A stretch of 30,959 bases of DNA from a virus (lineage: Duplodnaviria > Caudoviricetes). Below, in pieces: positions 1 through 9,206 of the stretch. The position numbers were made by a program, and so were the translations under genes. The first letter of the stretch is position 1, and each line of letters opens with the position of its first letter. The stretch spans positions 1 to 30,959 of the IMG/VR virus record IMGVR_UViG_3300017911_002547. The stretch is one strand, 5' to 3'. Below the pieces are notes generated by a model. It did not search any database, was not told the DNA's origin, and worked only from the letters and a program-made list of their open reading frames with translations.

Positions 1-1527
1 AAGACTCTTTTTTTTCGTCTCAGAGAATGTTTCTTTTGCAAATCTCAAATCTGATTTTTTATCTATTTCTGGATTATCATTTTCTTCATGCAATTGATAA
101 CTCATTAATGGATTCAAATGAAACACCAATTCAGGTGCCGCGAAAAATTTATTTTCATTGAAAAAGTTTTGCATAAAGTTGTCGAGCGCTTGATCCATTC
201 CAAATTGCTCAACCCATTGACACAACAAGTTAGCACCTTGCTTGCTTAAAATATAAGAATTCGCATTCATGTGCCAAAAATGATCGTCTTTTGTAAAGTA
301 ATCATTCTTTTTTACTGTATAAAAATAATCGTTATGTCGCTGTAAAACTTTATGATATTCGGGCTTGTTCCACGGTTGACATCCGCCAAGATAAATTAAA
401 AATGCATCTTTAGGAACGTGATTGCTATAAACTTGATTCCAAAAGTTTTCGAATCCAGGCTTGAATACAGTATCATCTTCAAGGATTAAATAATTTCTGG
501 CGTCACGATCTGCAATCAATTTTTGCCACAATCGATAATGACTAATTGCACAACATATTTCAGCTTTTGTTCTTTTTTGCCATGTCTTTGGAAATAGTTT
601 TTTTACTTCGTCTGTTAATTCCATTTGTTTAGAATCAATTGCAGAGAATCGTTCGGTAAAAAATGGAGTATTGATCAACATGTGATGTAGTCGATCGGTT
701 CGTCGATCAAGATTGATAAAATAACTTTTTGATATTGCTTTTAAATTTGTGTTCATTTTTTCGTCTGGCTGTATACCTACAAAGTCGCTAAGCTTTCCAC
801 TTGCGCGGTTCAATAAAAACATAAAATTATGTATTTTACCATAATTCACATTGTTTTTTTTCAATTGTTTTAGTAGATATTGTTCGGCGTGATAATATTC
901 GGGATTGTTTTTTATTGATGAATATCTTGTACAATATGTTTTTAATGCAGATTCGTTTTTAATCACCGCGAATCGATCGTTGATTCCGCCGAACCACCCA
1001 TAATCTATCTGCGGACAAATATCATAATACGGCGCAAATAAATCTCCTTCTCTCGAAAAACAATCGATATTCAATGGATGCGTGTGATACAAATCACTAC
1101 GCGACAAAATAAAACAATCATAGTCTGCTATTTTATGTGAAAATTTATCATAAAAATATTCAAGAGAATAAATTTGTTTGATTGAATTTTTTAGTGATTG
1201 CATGGAGTCGCCCTCTTTCCATGCTTCTCCAAATTTTATGACCGATTCACACAACCCATCGACGTCTTCACCAGCTCGCGCATCCTGATCATAATAAACT
1301 TCCTTGAAGTCAAAGTATTTTTCTATACTTTTGTAATCTATTGTTGATACGCCTGGCTCTGACTCGGCGTTTCGCGCATTGCTGTAAAAACTTGCTTTGC
1401 TTGTAACTAAAAAATAATCAATATCAAAGTCGCCAAGCTTGCTGGCTACATTTTCTTGAAACGCTGAATATTGTTTTTCATCAAAATTTTTAACTTGTCC
1501 AAAAAATATATACGCAATTTTAGCCAT
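1..1527 (-). CDS. Two-domain glycosyltransferase, 3'-truncated by the window edge: unknown GT-like N-terminal domain fused to a GT25 (LgtB/Lex2-like) domain
   Basis: Absent from the ORF track, consistent with no stop inside the window. ATG at 1527 overlaps the end of the upstream gene (MAKIAYIFFGQVKNFDEKQY...GWFGGINDRFAVI). The in-frame GT25-like part from 756 reads YFINLDRRTDR, ERFSAID, EICVAISHYRLW, LILEDD, IYLGG. Confidence 0.75.
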   Translation of the reverse strand, partial: MAKIAYIFFGQVKNFDEKQYSAFQENVASKLGDFDIDYFLVTSKASFYSNARNAESEPGVSTIDYKSIEKYFDFKEVYYDQDARAGEDVDGLCESVIKFGEAWKEGDSMQSLKNSIKQIYSLEYFYDKFSHKIADYDCFILSRSDLYHTHPLNIDCFSREGDLFAPYYDICPQIDYGWFGGINDRFAVIKNESALKTYCTRYSSIKNNPEYYHAEQYLLKQLKKNNVNYGKIHNFMFLLNRASGKLSDFVGIQPDEKMNTNLKAISKSYFINLDRRTDRLHHMLINTPFFTERFSAIDSKQMELTDEVKKLFPKTWQKRTKAEICCAISHYRLWQKLIADRDARNYLILEDDTVFKPGFENFWNQVYSNHVPKDAFLIYLGGCQPWNKPEYHKVLQRHNDYFYTVKKNDYFTKDDHFWHMNANSYILSKQGANLLCQWVEQFGMDQALDNFMQNFFNENKFFAAPELVFHLNPLMSYQLHEENDNPEIDKKSDLRFAKETFSETKKKSL

Positions 1528-2614
1528 TTTCAATGAGTCTTAAATATGCTTGCGTATTTTCGGTTGTGTATGGACTGCAAGAATCTAAAAATTGTTGCGC
1601 GTCTTTTTTATAAGCTTGTATTGTTGAGGCGTGATTTTCGATTGCATTTTTCAATTGTTTCGCGCCCATATCTACATCAAATTTTGGATAATAATAACCA
1701 AGATTCTCAAGTGCTGGAGAATTGTGAATCAATGGAACACCAAGATACAAGGCTTCAAGATGTGAATAATTCAATTGATTGTAAACTTGATGACTAACAA
1801 CTGTGCTACCAAACTTACTGAGCGCATCAAGCGCGCCCCATCGATTATTAAAAAAGCATTTATCGGTATCATCAACAATACCAAATTTGTGCATCAATTT
1901 TTGAAAGTATGTTTTTTCGCGCAGTTTTTGGCAACCAAACACATTAACGCTCTCAATTTCTTCTCCAAACAATTGATTAAAGCGCTCGCATATAGCAACA
2001 GGAACAACGCAATTTTTCAAGAACGATAAATTTGGTTCGAATATGCAAATTTTTGTTGCATCTTTTGATCGATAAAATGGACTCAATTTTTTCTTTTTTA
2101 ATTGCGCGATTTTCTCGTCTACAAAAAAGCTATCCCAAATGTAAGGCGCAACATGCACACGTTCTGTGCGATAATATGTTTTGATATATTCTTTCGCAAA
2201 TTCATGGTGAGGCGAGATCCAAACCTGATCAAGGCCGTCTGGTTTTTTGAGGGGAACTCTTGGCGTGTCGGTGTTGCAAATTGCATAATTGATGTCGTCC
2301 ATCAATTTGTTTCCAAAATGTACAAGTATCAACTTCATGTTTGGATTTCTTTTTCTGAGCTTGCCGTACATCTCGGGCAACAAATCAAATCCCCCAATAA
2401 TCAAAACATCCAACACTTCATTTCGATCATCAATAAGATCCTTCAACAACATACCTTTATGATCTTTATGCAATTCATGCGCAGGCTTTTCGTTGCTTAT
2501 ATAATAACAATCGTGACCAGCTCTACTCAATAAACTATACAAAAAAACAATGTTTTGCTGCATTCCGTTTGCCCAAAAGGCAATCGACATATCTAATGTT
2601 ATACCAATTTTCAT
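1520..2614 (-). CDS. DUF2827-like protein (putative glycosyltransferase), paralog 2
   Basis: Motifs NGMQQN, FEPNLSFLK, VVSHQVYNQLNY..LEALYLGVPLIHNS....GYYYP. Clearly paralogous to the adjacent ORF. Confidence 0.7.
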   Translation of the reverse strand: MKIGITLDMSIAFWANGMQQNIVFLYSLLSRAGHDCYYISNEKPAHELHKDHKGMLLKDLIDDRNEVLDVLIIGGFDLLPEMYGKLRKRNPNMKLILVHFGNKLMDDINYAICNTDTPRVPLKKPDGLDQVWISPHHEFAKEYIKTYYRTERVHVAPYIWDSFFVDEKIAQLKKKKLSPFYRSKDATKICIFEPNLSFLKNCVVPVAICERFNQLFGEEIESVNVFGCQKLREKTYFQKLMHKFGIVDDTDKCFFNNRWGALDALSKFGSTVVSHQVYNQLNYSHLEALYLGVPLIHNSPALENLGYYYPKFDVDMGAKQLKNAIENHASTIQAYKKDAQQFLDSCSPYTTENTQAYLRLIENG

Positions 2615-3681
2615 ACAAATAATTTCTTATATCTTTCTATCACAAGTGGGTTGTTGGGTGAATATCTATCAATTACTCGTTGTGCGCGAGTCTGATAATC
2701 GTTTAAATTTTTATCATGATATGTTAATGCCTCATGTAGCGCTTTCGCGCCTAAAATTGTATCATATTCTGGATAATAATAACCAGCATCTTTTATGTAT
2801 TCAGAATTATGAACAAGTGGAATATTAAAATACAAAGCCTCAAGATATGTATAATTCAATGCATTCAACAATTGATGACTCACAACAACATTAGCTTCTT
2901 TTGAAAATATTGTGCTGAATTTTTTTCTATCCGCAAATGTGATTTTACCTTTTTTTGTTATGTCTAATCCCCACATCAATGTTTTGAAATAATTTTTATC
3001 TCTGATTTGCGAAGAACAATAAACAATCAATTCTTTAAAAAGTTCACCACATTGAGTCATCAATTCCTCAACTATAAAAATAGAAGGAATGCAATTTTTT
3101 GTCATGTTTAAATTTGGCTCAAGAACGGCGATTGTTTTTTCTTCGCCTGGGGTATACTGACAATCGTATCCAGCGGCCTTCCAAATGTCGTTATGCATTT
3201 TTGCATACTTGGGACTCCAAATATACGGCAATTCAAAAACTTTTTGTGTTTTATAATATGTTTTAAAATAGTTAAAAGAAAATTCGTAGTGCGGTGAAAC
3301 CCAGCACTCATCAACTCGATAAGGACTCACACATCTATTGTCCCACTTGCATTGCTCTACATCTGCCAACAATCGATTGCCATAATGAATATGTATGTTT
3401 TTACAAGATGGATTTTTTGTTTTCAAAAAGTCGATTGTGTTTTTGCCAACAACCCAACCTGTTTGCAAAAGATAATCTATCTTGGGCAAATCAAGTATCT
3501 CTTTGTGTTCAAGAATAACAACATCACTTGGAGGATCAACACATTTATCAATATCATGACCAACGGCAATAAATGGGGTATGCCCTAAATCTTTAATCAA
3601 TTCAGCTAAAAATATAATATTCTGCTGAAGACCGTTACAAAATAAACCCTTATCAAAATTAGCAGTTAACAGTACATTCAT
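2611..3681 (-). CDS. DUF2827-like protein (putative glycosyltransferase), paralog 1
   Basis: Motifs NGLQQN, LEPNLNMTK, VVSHQLLNALNY..LEALY..IPLVHNS....GYYYP. Start moved from GTG 3699 to ATG 3681 because MNVLLT...NGLQQN aligns with the paralog's MKIGIT...NGMQQN and the GTG is part of the GTGTA motif. Confidence 0.7.
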   Translation of the reverse strand: MNVLLTANFDKGLFCNGLQQNIIFLAELIKDLGHTPFIAVGHDIDKCVDPPSDVVILEHKEILDLPKIDYLLQTGWVVGKNTIDFLKTKNPSCKNIHIHYGNRLLADVEQCKWDNRCVSPYRVDECWVSPHYEFSFNYFKTYYKTQKVFELPYIWSPKYAKMHNDIWKAAGYDCQYTPGEEKTIAVLEPNLNMTKNCIPSIFIVEELMTQCGELFKELIVYCSSQIRDKNYFKTLMWGLDITKKGKITFADRKKFSTIFSKEANVVVSHQLLNALNYTYLEALYFNIPLVHNSEYIKDAGYYYPEYDTILGAKALHEALTYHDKNLNDYQTRAQRVIDRYSPNNPLVIERYKKLFV

Positions 3682-3699
3682 GTTATATGCAATATACAC
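3682..3699 (-). promoter_or_regulatory. GTGTA-type putative phage late promoter
   Basis: GTGTA TATTGCATATAAC ATG; the same motif precedes several other starts. Confidence 0.55.
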
Positions 3700-3702
3700 A
3701 AA

Positions 3703-4182
3703 TTAATCGCGATTTACTACAATATCTAAATAATATCCCGTTTCTTGTATTGAGTCAGAAAAAGCTACACTAAAACCGGTTGCCGAGACAGCATATGTTG
3801 AATAACTATAAAATGATTCTGGCATTTCATCGGTTCTCAAAGAAATGTTTACTTGTGGAGGAGAAGAATAACTTGTGGTGTCACCAATACTTGCATAATC
3901 AAAAGATAACGTATCTACTCCAGTTGGAATGTTTAATGATGTAGAAAATGTTCTTTGCGCGTTGATTGCATCATTTAAACTTTCTCCAAGTCTGCGAATT
4001 CTTACCCAATCAGTGGTATTATTTTCGCCAGTTTTTTCGTAAATATAATTTGTTTCAGAATCGATGTAGTGAGAACCAACAATACCAGCAGCCTTTGAGC
4101 TGCCAGACGGAGGCCCCGCGTCTGTAATCAGAGGCTTTCTTATGCCCAAGTTGGCATTTACGAAAGTTTCGAACGCGCCCAT
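3703..4182 (-). CDS. Hypothetical virion structural protein
   Basis: 159 aa, S/T/G-rich and beta-like (SSPPQVNIS...VSATGF). Lies 3 nt downstream of the probable portal. Confidence 0.5.
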   Translation of the reverse strand: MGAFETFVNANLGIRKPLITDAGPPSGSSKAAGIVGSHYIDSETNYIYEKTGENNTTDWVRIRRLGESLNDAINAQRTFSTSLNIPTGVDTLSFDYASIGDTTSYSSPPQVNISLRTDEMPESFYSYSTYAVSATGFSVAFSDSIQETGYYLDIVVNRD

Positions 4183-4185
4183 CGA

Positions 4186-6171
4186 TTAACCCCTCCTGTT
4201 ACTGTGATACAAAAGCGCTGCAGAATACAAATCCAAATCGTGATCAAGCGATAAATTTTGAATTTCATTCATTGCGTTTAGCTGCTCGATACAATCTGGA
4301 TCATTTATGCAATTTGTTAATTTTTCAGACCAATCAGATTCAGAAGATGCAAGCACTACCGATTCGCACAACTCATCAATCATTGACTTTTCATTTTTCT
4401 TCAATTTTGTTTTGTTGAGCTTTTTGCGCATTTGTTTGTAACCTTCATTCCTCAATGTCTCTGTCGCATATATAATTTGTTGAAGATTTTTGCGTGAAAA
4501 TAATTCTTTGGCAGAAGATTGTTGTTCCTGCGGAATACCAGATGTGCCAACAGGTCGACCAACTTCTCGCTTTACTTGTTGAACTTGTTCTTCGTCGCCA
4601 GTTTCTGGAGCAATCATTGGCACGCCACCAACAATAGGATTGTACATACCCTCTTTGCGTTGCTCGATATATTTTTGTTGAGCAGCTTCCATTTCATCTG
4701 CTTTTGGATATGAACCTTTCTCAAGAACATGCATGCCTTGTTCAGGTGTAATAATTCCAAGCTCCATTAATCGAGTAGCAACTCGTTGAAGCTGAACCTC
4801 ATCCTTGATGTCGGTTTGCTCGAACTTTACAGTTGGATACTTTCTAAAGCCAAGGTTTTGGCAAATCATTTTAACTTGTGGCTGCAAAAAGTCATGTATA
4901 AATGCATTGCGAGACTCTTCAAGACGCTCTAAAAAGATCTTCGCCTTAACCTGTGTATTGCTGTATCGCTCGTCACCAACAATAACATTTTGCAAACCTT
5001 CCTTGATGTCATTATTGATAACTTCATACTTTGATGGTCCAACAACCTTACCAATATCAGGAATAACAAACTGAGCCTTGGTTGTATAATCACTAACCAA
5101 AACACGACCAACACTTTCATTCTTGAAAAGATTTTGCATTGCCTCCATGTTCCTTGGGTTAATTCCACCCTTGTCTGGCTCGGCACCCATCGTGATCAAC
5201 AATATTACATTCTCAATTGTACGACATATAGCTTGATCAATTTGTTTTAATTCTAGTTTAAAGTTGATGTCATCAAGAACAGGATATCCAAATGGAATAG
5301 CAAATGGTTCGTAATCTTGTTTTTTATAAAATGAATATACAAGGTGCCCAGGATCTAGTTTGATACGAATTCCATCACTGTTGTATTTTCCGTTGCGAAT
5401 TTTTTCTTTTGTTTCGTCATCCAATGCTTCGTATACTTGTTGATCGTATTCGGTTTTTGGATTCTTTAATCTTTCGATATCATATTCACTTAAAATTTTC
5501 TCATATAAACCTGTTTCAAAAGAAGATCCTTTTGTGGCAACAATATCATAAGGATTCAATAAAATGTATCGAACAGGAAGCTTTCCAGGCTTTAGAGCAA
5601 GCGTTGAGCCGTAGATTTTTGAAAGTTTATCAAAGTCAGATTGAGAAAATTTTCCATCTACACGATACATAAAGATGTTTCCGCTTCTATAATATTCACG
5701 AAAATACTGATCTTTAAGATTCCAAAGATTGATTCTTTCAAACCATTTGTAAACAAAGTCTCTTGAGTTTTGAGTCCCACCCTCAAGATATATGCTAGAG
5801 TTTGCAAACTCCGACATTACATCAATTGCATTTCTAAATACCGAAATGTTGGCGTATGCTTTTTGACAAAGCTCGATGGTGTCACGAACGTTCACTCCAT
5901 CACTTCCATATACATATGGCAACATTCCGCCAGAAATGTTGGAAAATCTGTGTTTTTTATCAGATTTATGCGCTGCATTGCGTCTCGAAACAAATTCCTC
6001 TGATTCAGATTTCGTTCGACTATAAGCGGCCTGGGACTCGATATAATAAGGCTCGCCCGCCGATGACGGCCCAACCATTGAAGAATCAACAAAGTCCCTC
6101 AAATCTTGAGGTTCACTTTTATTGAATTTCTGCCAATAATCAGAGCGCTTGACGTATTTTCTCTTGCTCAT
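4186..6171 (-). CDS. Probable phage portal protein
   Basis: 661 aa with portal-like segments (VFRNAIDVMSEFAN, EYYRSGNIFMYR, KQDYEPFAIPFGYPVLDDINFKLEL, MELGIITPEQ) and a low-complexity GRP-containing C-terminal linker. Confidence 0.7.
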   Translation of the reverse strand: MSKRKYVKRSDYWQKFNKSEPQDLRDFVDSSMVGPSSAGEPYYIESQAAYSRTKSESEEFVSRRNAAHKSDKKHRFSNISGGMLPYVYGSDGVNVRDTIELCQKAYANISVFRNAIDVMSEFANSSIYLEGGTQNSRDFVYKWFERINLWNLKDQYFREYYRSGNIFMYRVDGKFSQSDFDKLSKIYGSTLALKPGKLPVRYILLNPYDIVATKGSSFETGLYEKILSEYDIERLKNPKTEYDQQVYEALDDETKEKIRNGKYNSDGIRIKLDPGHLVYSFYKKQDYEPFAIPFGYPVLDDINFKLELKQIDQAICRTIENVILLITMGAEPDKGGINPRNMEAMQNLFKNESVGRVLVSDYTTKAQFVIPDIGKVVGPSKYEVINNDIKEGLQNVIVGDERYSNTQVKAKIFLERLEESRNAFIHDFLQPQVKMICQNLGFRKYPTVKFEQTDIKDEVQLQRVATRLMELGIITPEQGMHVLEKGSYPKADEMEAAQQKYIEQRKEGMYNPIVGGVPMIAPETGDEEQVQQVKREVGRPVGTSGIPQEQQSSAKELFSRKNLQQIIYATETLRNEGYKQMRKKLNKTKLKKNEKSMIDELCESVVLASSESDWSEKLTNCINDPDCIEQLNAMNEIQNLSLDHDLDLYSAALLYHSNRRG

Positions 6172-6185
6172 CCTTTATGGTACAC
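6172..6185 (-). promoter_or_regulatory. GTGTA-type putative late promoter of the portal gene
   Basis: GTGTA CCATAAAGG ATG (9-nt spacing). Confidence 0.55.
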
Positions 6186-6234
6186 AAAAGTTAAAGTAAA
6201 GTCTAACAAAAGTTAAAAGTTAACTTTTAACTTT
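6186..6234. repeat. AAAGT iteron-like repeats ending in a perfect 26-bp palindrome
   Basis: AAAGTTAAAAGTT|AACTTTTAACTTT at 6209-6234, plus further AAAGT copies at 6187, 6193 and 6198. Lies between divergent genes. Confidence 0.85.
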
Positions 6235-6250
6235 CATTTTTTTACAACAT

Positions 6251-6264
6251 GTGTATATATCTTC
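6251..6264 (+). promoter_or_regulatory. GTGTA-type putative late promoter
   Basis: GTGTA TATATCTTC ATG (9-nt spacing). Confidence 0.55.
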
Positions 6265-6444
6265 ATGTCAAATGAAAATCTTAGAAGATGTTTGGTTATG
6301 ACCGAACGCGGAGAAATTAAAGGTACAATCGTCAATGAATATGAAGAAATTGGTGGCCCAGATGATGGAGCTATTTTTGCGGTGATTGATCTTGATAACG
6401 GTCAAATACTCACAGTTAAAATGTCAGAAGTTTTCGAACAATAA
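6265..6444 (+). CDS. Small hypothetical protein (59 aa)
   Basis: Below the ORF-track cutoff. MSNENLRRCLVMTERGEIKGTIVNEYEEIGGPDDGAIFAVIDLDNGQILTVKMSEVFEQ; fills the gap and follows a GTGTA motif. Confidence 0.7.
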   Translation: MSNENLRRCLVMTERGEIKGTIVNEYEEIGGPDDGAIFAVIDLDNGQILTVKMSEVFEQ

Positions 6445-6446
6445 AA

Positions 6447-6462
6447 GTGTAATACAATTATC
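6447..6462 (+). promoter_or_regulatory. GTGTA-type putative late promoter
   Basis: GTGTA ATACAATTATC ATG (11-nt spacing). Confidence 0.55.
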
Positions 6463-6693
6463 ATGAGCGATCATACACAAGATTCTAACTTTAGATACAG
6501 CAATGACAATCGAGACTCCACTCCTGGAGACTTTGATTATCCATCTCAACAAGAAGTAAATCCCAGCGCAATAAAAGGTGCGCGCGATTATTATCCAAAT
6601 GATAATGGAGGATATTACGCAAACTCAAATCGCCCAGACATTTCAACAGTAGACCCCGCCAACAAAAAACAACCACCCAACTCCAACTCATAA
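6463..6693 (+). CDS. Small disordered D/N/P/Y-rich hypothetical protein
   Basis: 76-aa ORF after a GTGTA motif, ending 4 nt before the next gene. Confidence 0.65.
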   Translation: MSDHTQDSNFRYSNDNRDSTPGDFDYPSQQEVNPSAIKGARDYYPNDNGGYYANSNRPDISTVDPANKKQPPNSNS

Positions 6694-6697
6694 AATC

Positions 6698-8836
6698 ATG
6701 ATCTTTGCCGTACTCACATTAGTGTCTGCGCTTAGCATTTCTGTTATTGCCGCATATTTTAGTATCATCGGACTTGCCACAATTTTTCCTGGATCAATTG
6801 AAGCTGTTATCGCCATGGGCGCTGCGCTCGAAATTGGTAAGATTGTTGCCGCAATATGGTTGCATAAAAACTGGAAAAGCGCACCAAACACTTTAAAGAT
6901 ATATCTTTTCTCTGCAATTCTTGTGCTTATGGGAATAACAAGCATGGGAATATTTGGCTTCTTGAGCAAGTCCCATATCGAACACGAGCAAAACGCAGAA
7001 AAAGCCGCAGCCCTTGTGACTCAAGTAGAAACAAAAATCAATCGCGAGCAAGAATACATCGCTCGACAAAAAGAACTTATTCAACAAAACGAAGACAAAA
7101 ATCAAAATCGCAGCGACAAAAGCGCAGAAAACATTGAATTAGAACAAAAGAAAATTGCGCAACTCACCGAACAACTCGAAAAAGACATTGAGCTTGATCA
7201 AAAAATGCTCGCACCAATCGCCGAAAGACTCAAGCAAATGAATGAAGATCTTGCAGAGGTTCAAAATAAACCTGGCGGATTGTTCTCAAATAAAAAGAAA
7301 GAGGTTGAAGATAAAATCGCAGAACAAGCAAGTGAGCGTGAAGAGCTTGCCGCAAAGAAAAAAGACATTGAAGATAGAATATCCAAATATCGCGATGAAA
7401 CATCCGCACTCATATCTGATATTCGTAAACGCATACAAGAATATCAAAACATAGGATTCGAAAAACCAGAAAATGTAGAACAAAAAATAGAACAATTAAA
7501 TAAAAACATTGCTTCTGCGCTAGACAGAATAGATGAATTGGAACGACAAAAATTTGATCTTGATGATGGATCTCGTCAATTGGAAGCTGAAGTTGGACCA
7601 GTAAAATATGTTGCCGAATTGGTTGCCGACTTTACAGGCATGGATTTTGACATTGGTAAAGCGGTAAGAATGGTGATAATTATATTGATTTTTGTGTTTG
7701 ATCCGCTGGCCGTATTATTGGTACTTGCCGCACACATCAGTTTGAGTAAAAAGTTTCCCAAGGCAATGCAAGATGAAGCTGTTTTATTCGAAAAGATTGC
7801 AGAGATGGAACTGCAAAGCAAAGCTATCGAACAAGAAGAGCTTGACTTAGAAGAGCGCAAGAAAGATATTGAGCAAGAACGCAAAATGATTGAGCTCAAC
7901 GAAAATCAAATCAAAAAATATCAACAAGAAATCTCTGACAGCAAAGAAACTCTGCGCAAACTAAAATTAGAAGCACAAAAACAACTACTCGAACAAGAAG
8001 ACACAAGCGCAATAACCGCTGAGCTCGAACAATTGATGAGCCAAAAACAAATTGCAGAAGAAGAAATAAAAGAAATAAAAATACAAAAAAATAAAATACT
8101 CAGCAAAGCAGATGAAACAATAAAAAGTGCGCGCGAAATCAAACAAGTTCTCGGCAACCACAAAGAAAACAAAGAAAAAATAGAACAATTAAAATCTGAA
8201 ATATGCATAAATATAGAACAATTTGAGAAATTAAAAAATCAAATATATGCATTAGAATCAACAAACAAAGATCTTGACGCACATCGAATCAATCTTGAAT
8301 CAACAACAGCTAACCTTGAAACACAAAAACAAAACCTTGAAGCTCAAGCGGTAGAACTGGAAAGTGAAAAAGCGGAACTATTAAACAAAAATTCTGATCT
8401 TGAAGCGCTTGTAGCAAAACTTGAAGCAGAAAACGAAGAACTTCGAAACACTCCAATTCCCGACCCCAATCCAGAACTCAAAAACAAAATCGCACAACTC
8501 ATCGATCAAAAGAACGAACTGCTCGAAGAAAACCTTGCAATCAAAAATCAAAAGCTTTTCGCCGTACAAATACATTCTATCGACAACAAACACTTTGAAT
8601 TGATTGTTCCATCTTCTATAAGCGGAAAACATATGTTTCAAAAAGAAGATGATTATACACAAGATCAAATAAGTAAATTCATATCATTAAGCGAACAAAT
8701 TGATAAAGAATGTCCTGATCGAGATCAACAACAATTAGAAGCAACATACAATAAAAAAATAACTTCCATGATTGATTCAAGAATGAGCAATAGAGATTAT
8801 CGCAAGCATCGCCCGAATTACTTTTTTTCTGCTTGA
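6698..8836 (+). CDS. Membrane-anchored long coiled-coil protein
   Basis: Three N-terminal hydrophobic helices, an E/K/Q-rich heptad region, a central TM segment (MVIIILIFVFDPLAVLLVLAA) and a second coiled coil. Confidence 0.75.
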   Translation: MIFAVLTLVSALSISVIAAYFSIIGLATIFPGSIEAVIAMGAALEIGKIVAAIWLHKNWKSAPNTLKIYLFSAILVLMGITSMGIFGFLSKSHIEHEQNAEKAAALVTQVETKINREQEYIARQKELIQQNEDKNQNRSDKSAENIELEQKKIAQLTEQLEKDIELDQKMLAPIAERLKQMNEDLAEVQNKPGGLFSNKKKEVEDKIAEQASEREELAAKKKDIEDRISKYRDETSALISDIRKRIQEYQNIGFEKPENVEQKIEQLNKNIASALDRIDELERQKFDLDDGSRQLEAEVGPVKYVAELVADFTGMDFDIGKAVRMVIIILIFVFDPLAVLLVLAAHISLSKKFPKAMQDEAVLFEKIAEMELQSKAIEQEELDLEERKKDIEQERKMIELNENQIKKYQQEISDSKETLRKLKLEAQKQLLEQEDTSAITAELEQLMSQKQIAEEEIKEIKIQKNKILSKADETIKSAREIKQVLGNHKENKEKIEQLKSEICINIEQFEKLKNQIYALESTNKDLDAHRINLESTTANLETQKQNLEAQAVELESEKAELLNKNSDLEALVAKLEAENEELRNTPIPDPNPELKNKIAQLIDQKNELLEENLAIKNQKLFAVQIHSIDNKHFELIVPSSISGKHMFQKEDDYTQDQISKFISLSEQIDKECPDRDQQQLEATYNKKITSMIDSRMSNRDYRKHRPNYFFSA

Positions 8837-8861
8837 CATTTTAAACAAAATAGGTTAAATT
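8833..8861 (+). promoter_or_regulatory. sigma70-type promoter, probably leaderless
   Basis: TTGACA-17 nt-TAAATT, then 6 nt to GTG 8868. Confidence 0.7.
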
Positions 8862-8867
8862 AGTTGA

Positions 8868-9206
8868 GTGAAAAAACTCAACAAAAGAGATTTAATCAAA
8901 AAATTAGTGGTCGAACCAGACAAACAAAAGCGTATGTTCTGGGCGCGCGAAATGAAATTATTAAATGATCTGCTAGAGATGTTTCCAAATACAGAGTTCT
9001 GGCAACGCATGACAATTGATAAAGTTGCTTCGCTTGCTATGCTTCGCTCAGGCTTTGGATTGGAACGAATACAAAAAAAATACCGCGAATTCAATTACAA
9101 AATTCCACCCAAGATAGAAATACCTCTTGGAGAAAAAACTGGAGACGATAAAATCTTCTCGAAAAAACCAAAAACAATACGACAATTTATAGATGAGCAA
9201 AACTAA
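8868..9206 (+). CDS. Hypothetical basic protein
   Basis: 112 aa, first gene after the sigma70 promoter; overlaps the recA start. Confidence 0.7.
   Translation: MKKLNKRDLIKKLVVEPDKQKRMFWAREMKLLNDLLEMFPNTEFWQRMTIDKVASLAMLRSGFGLERIQKKYREFNYKIPPKIEIPLGEKTGDDKIFSKKPKTIRQFIDEQN

Noticed and set aside
3682-3699. GTG start for the first DUF2827-like gene
   Set aside because: Paralog alignment favours ATG 3681; the GTG belongs to the GTGTA motif.
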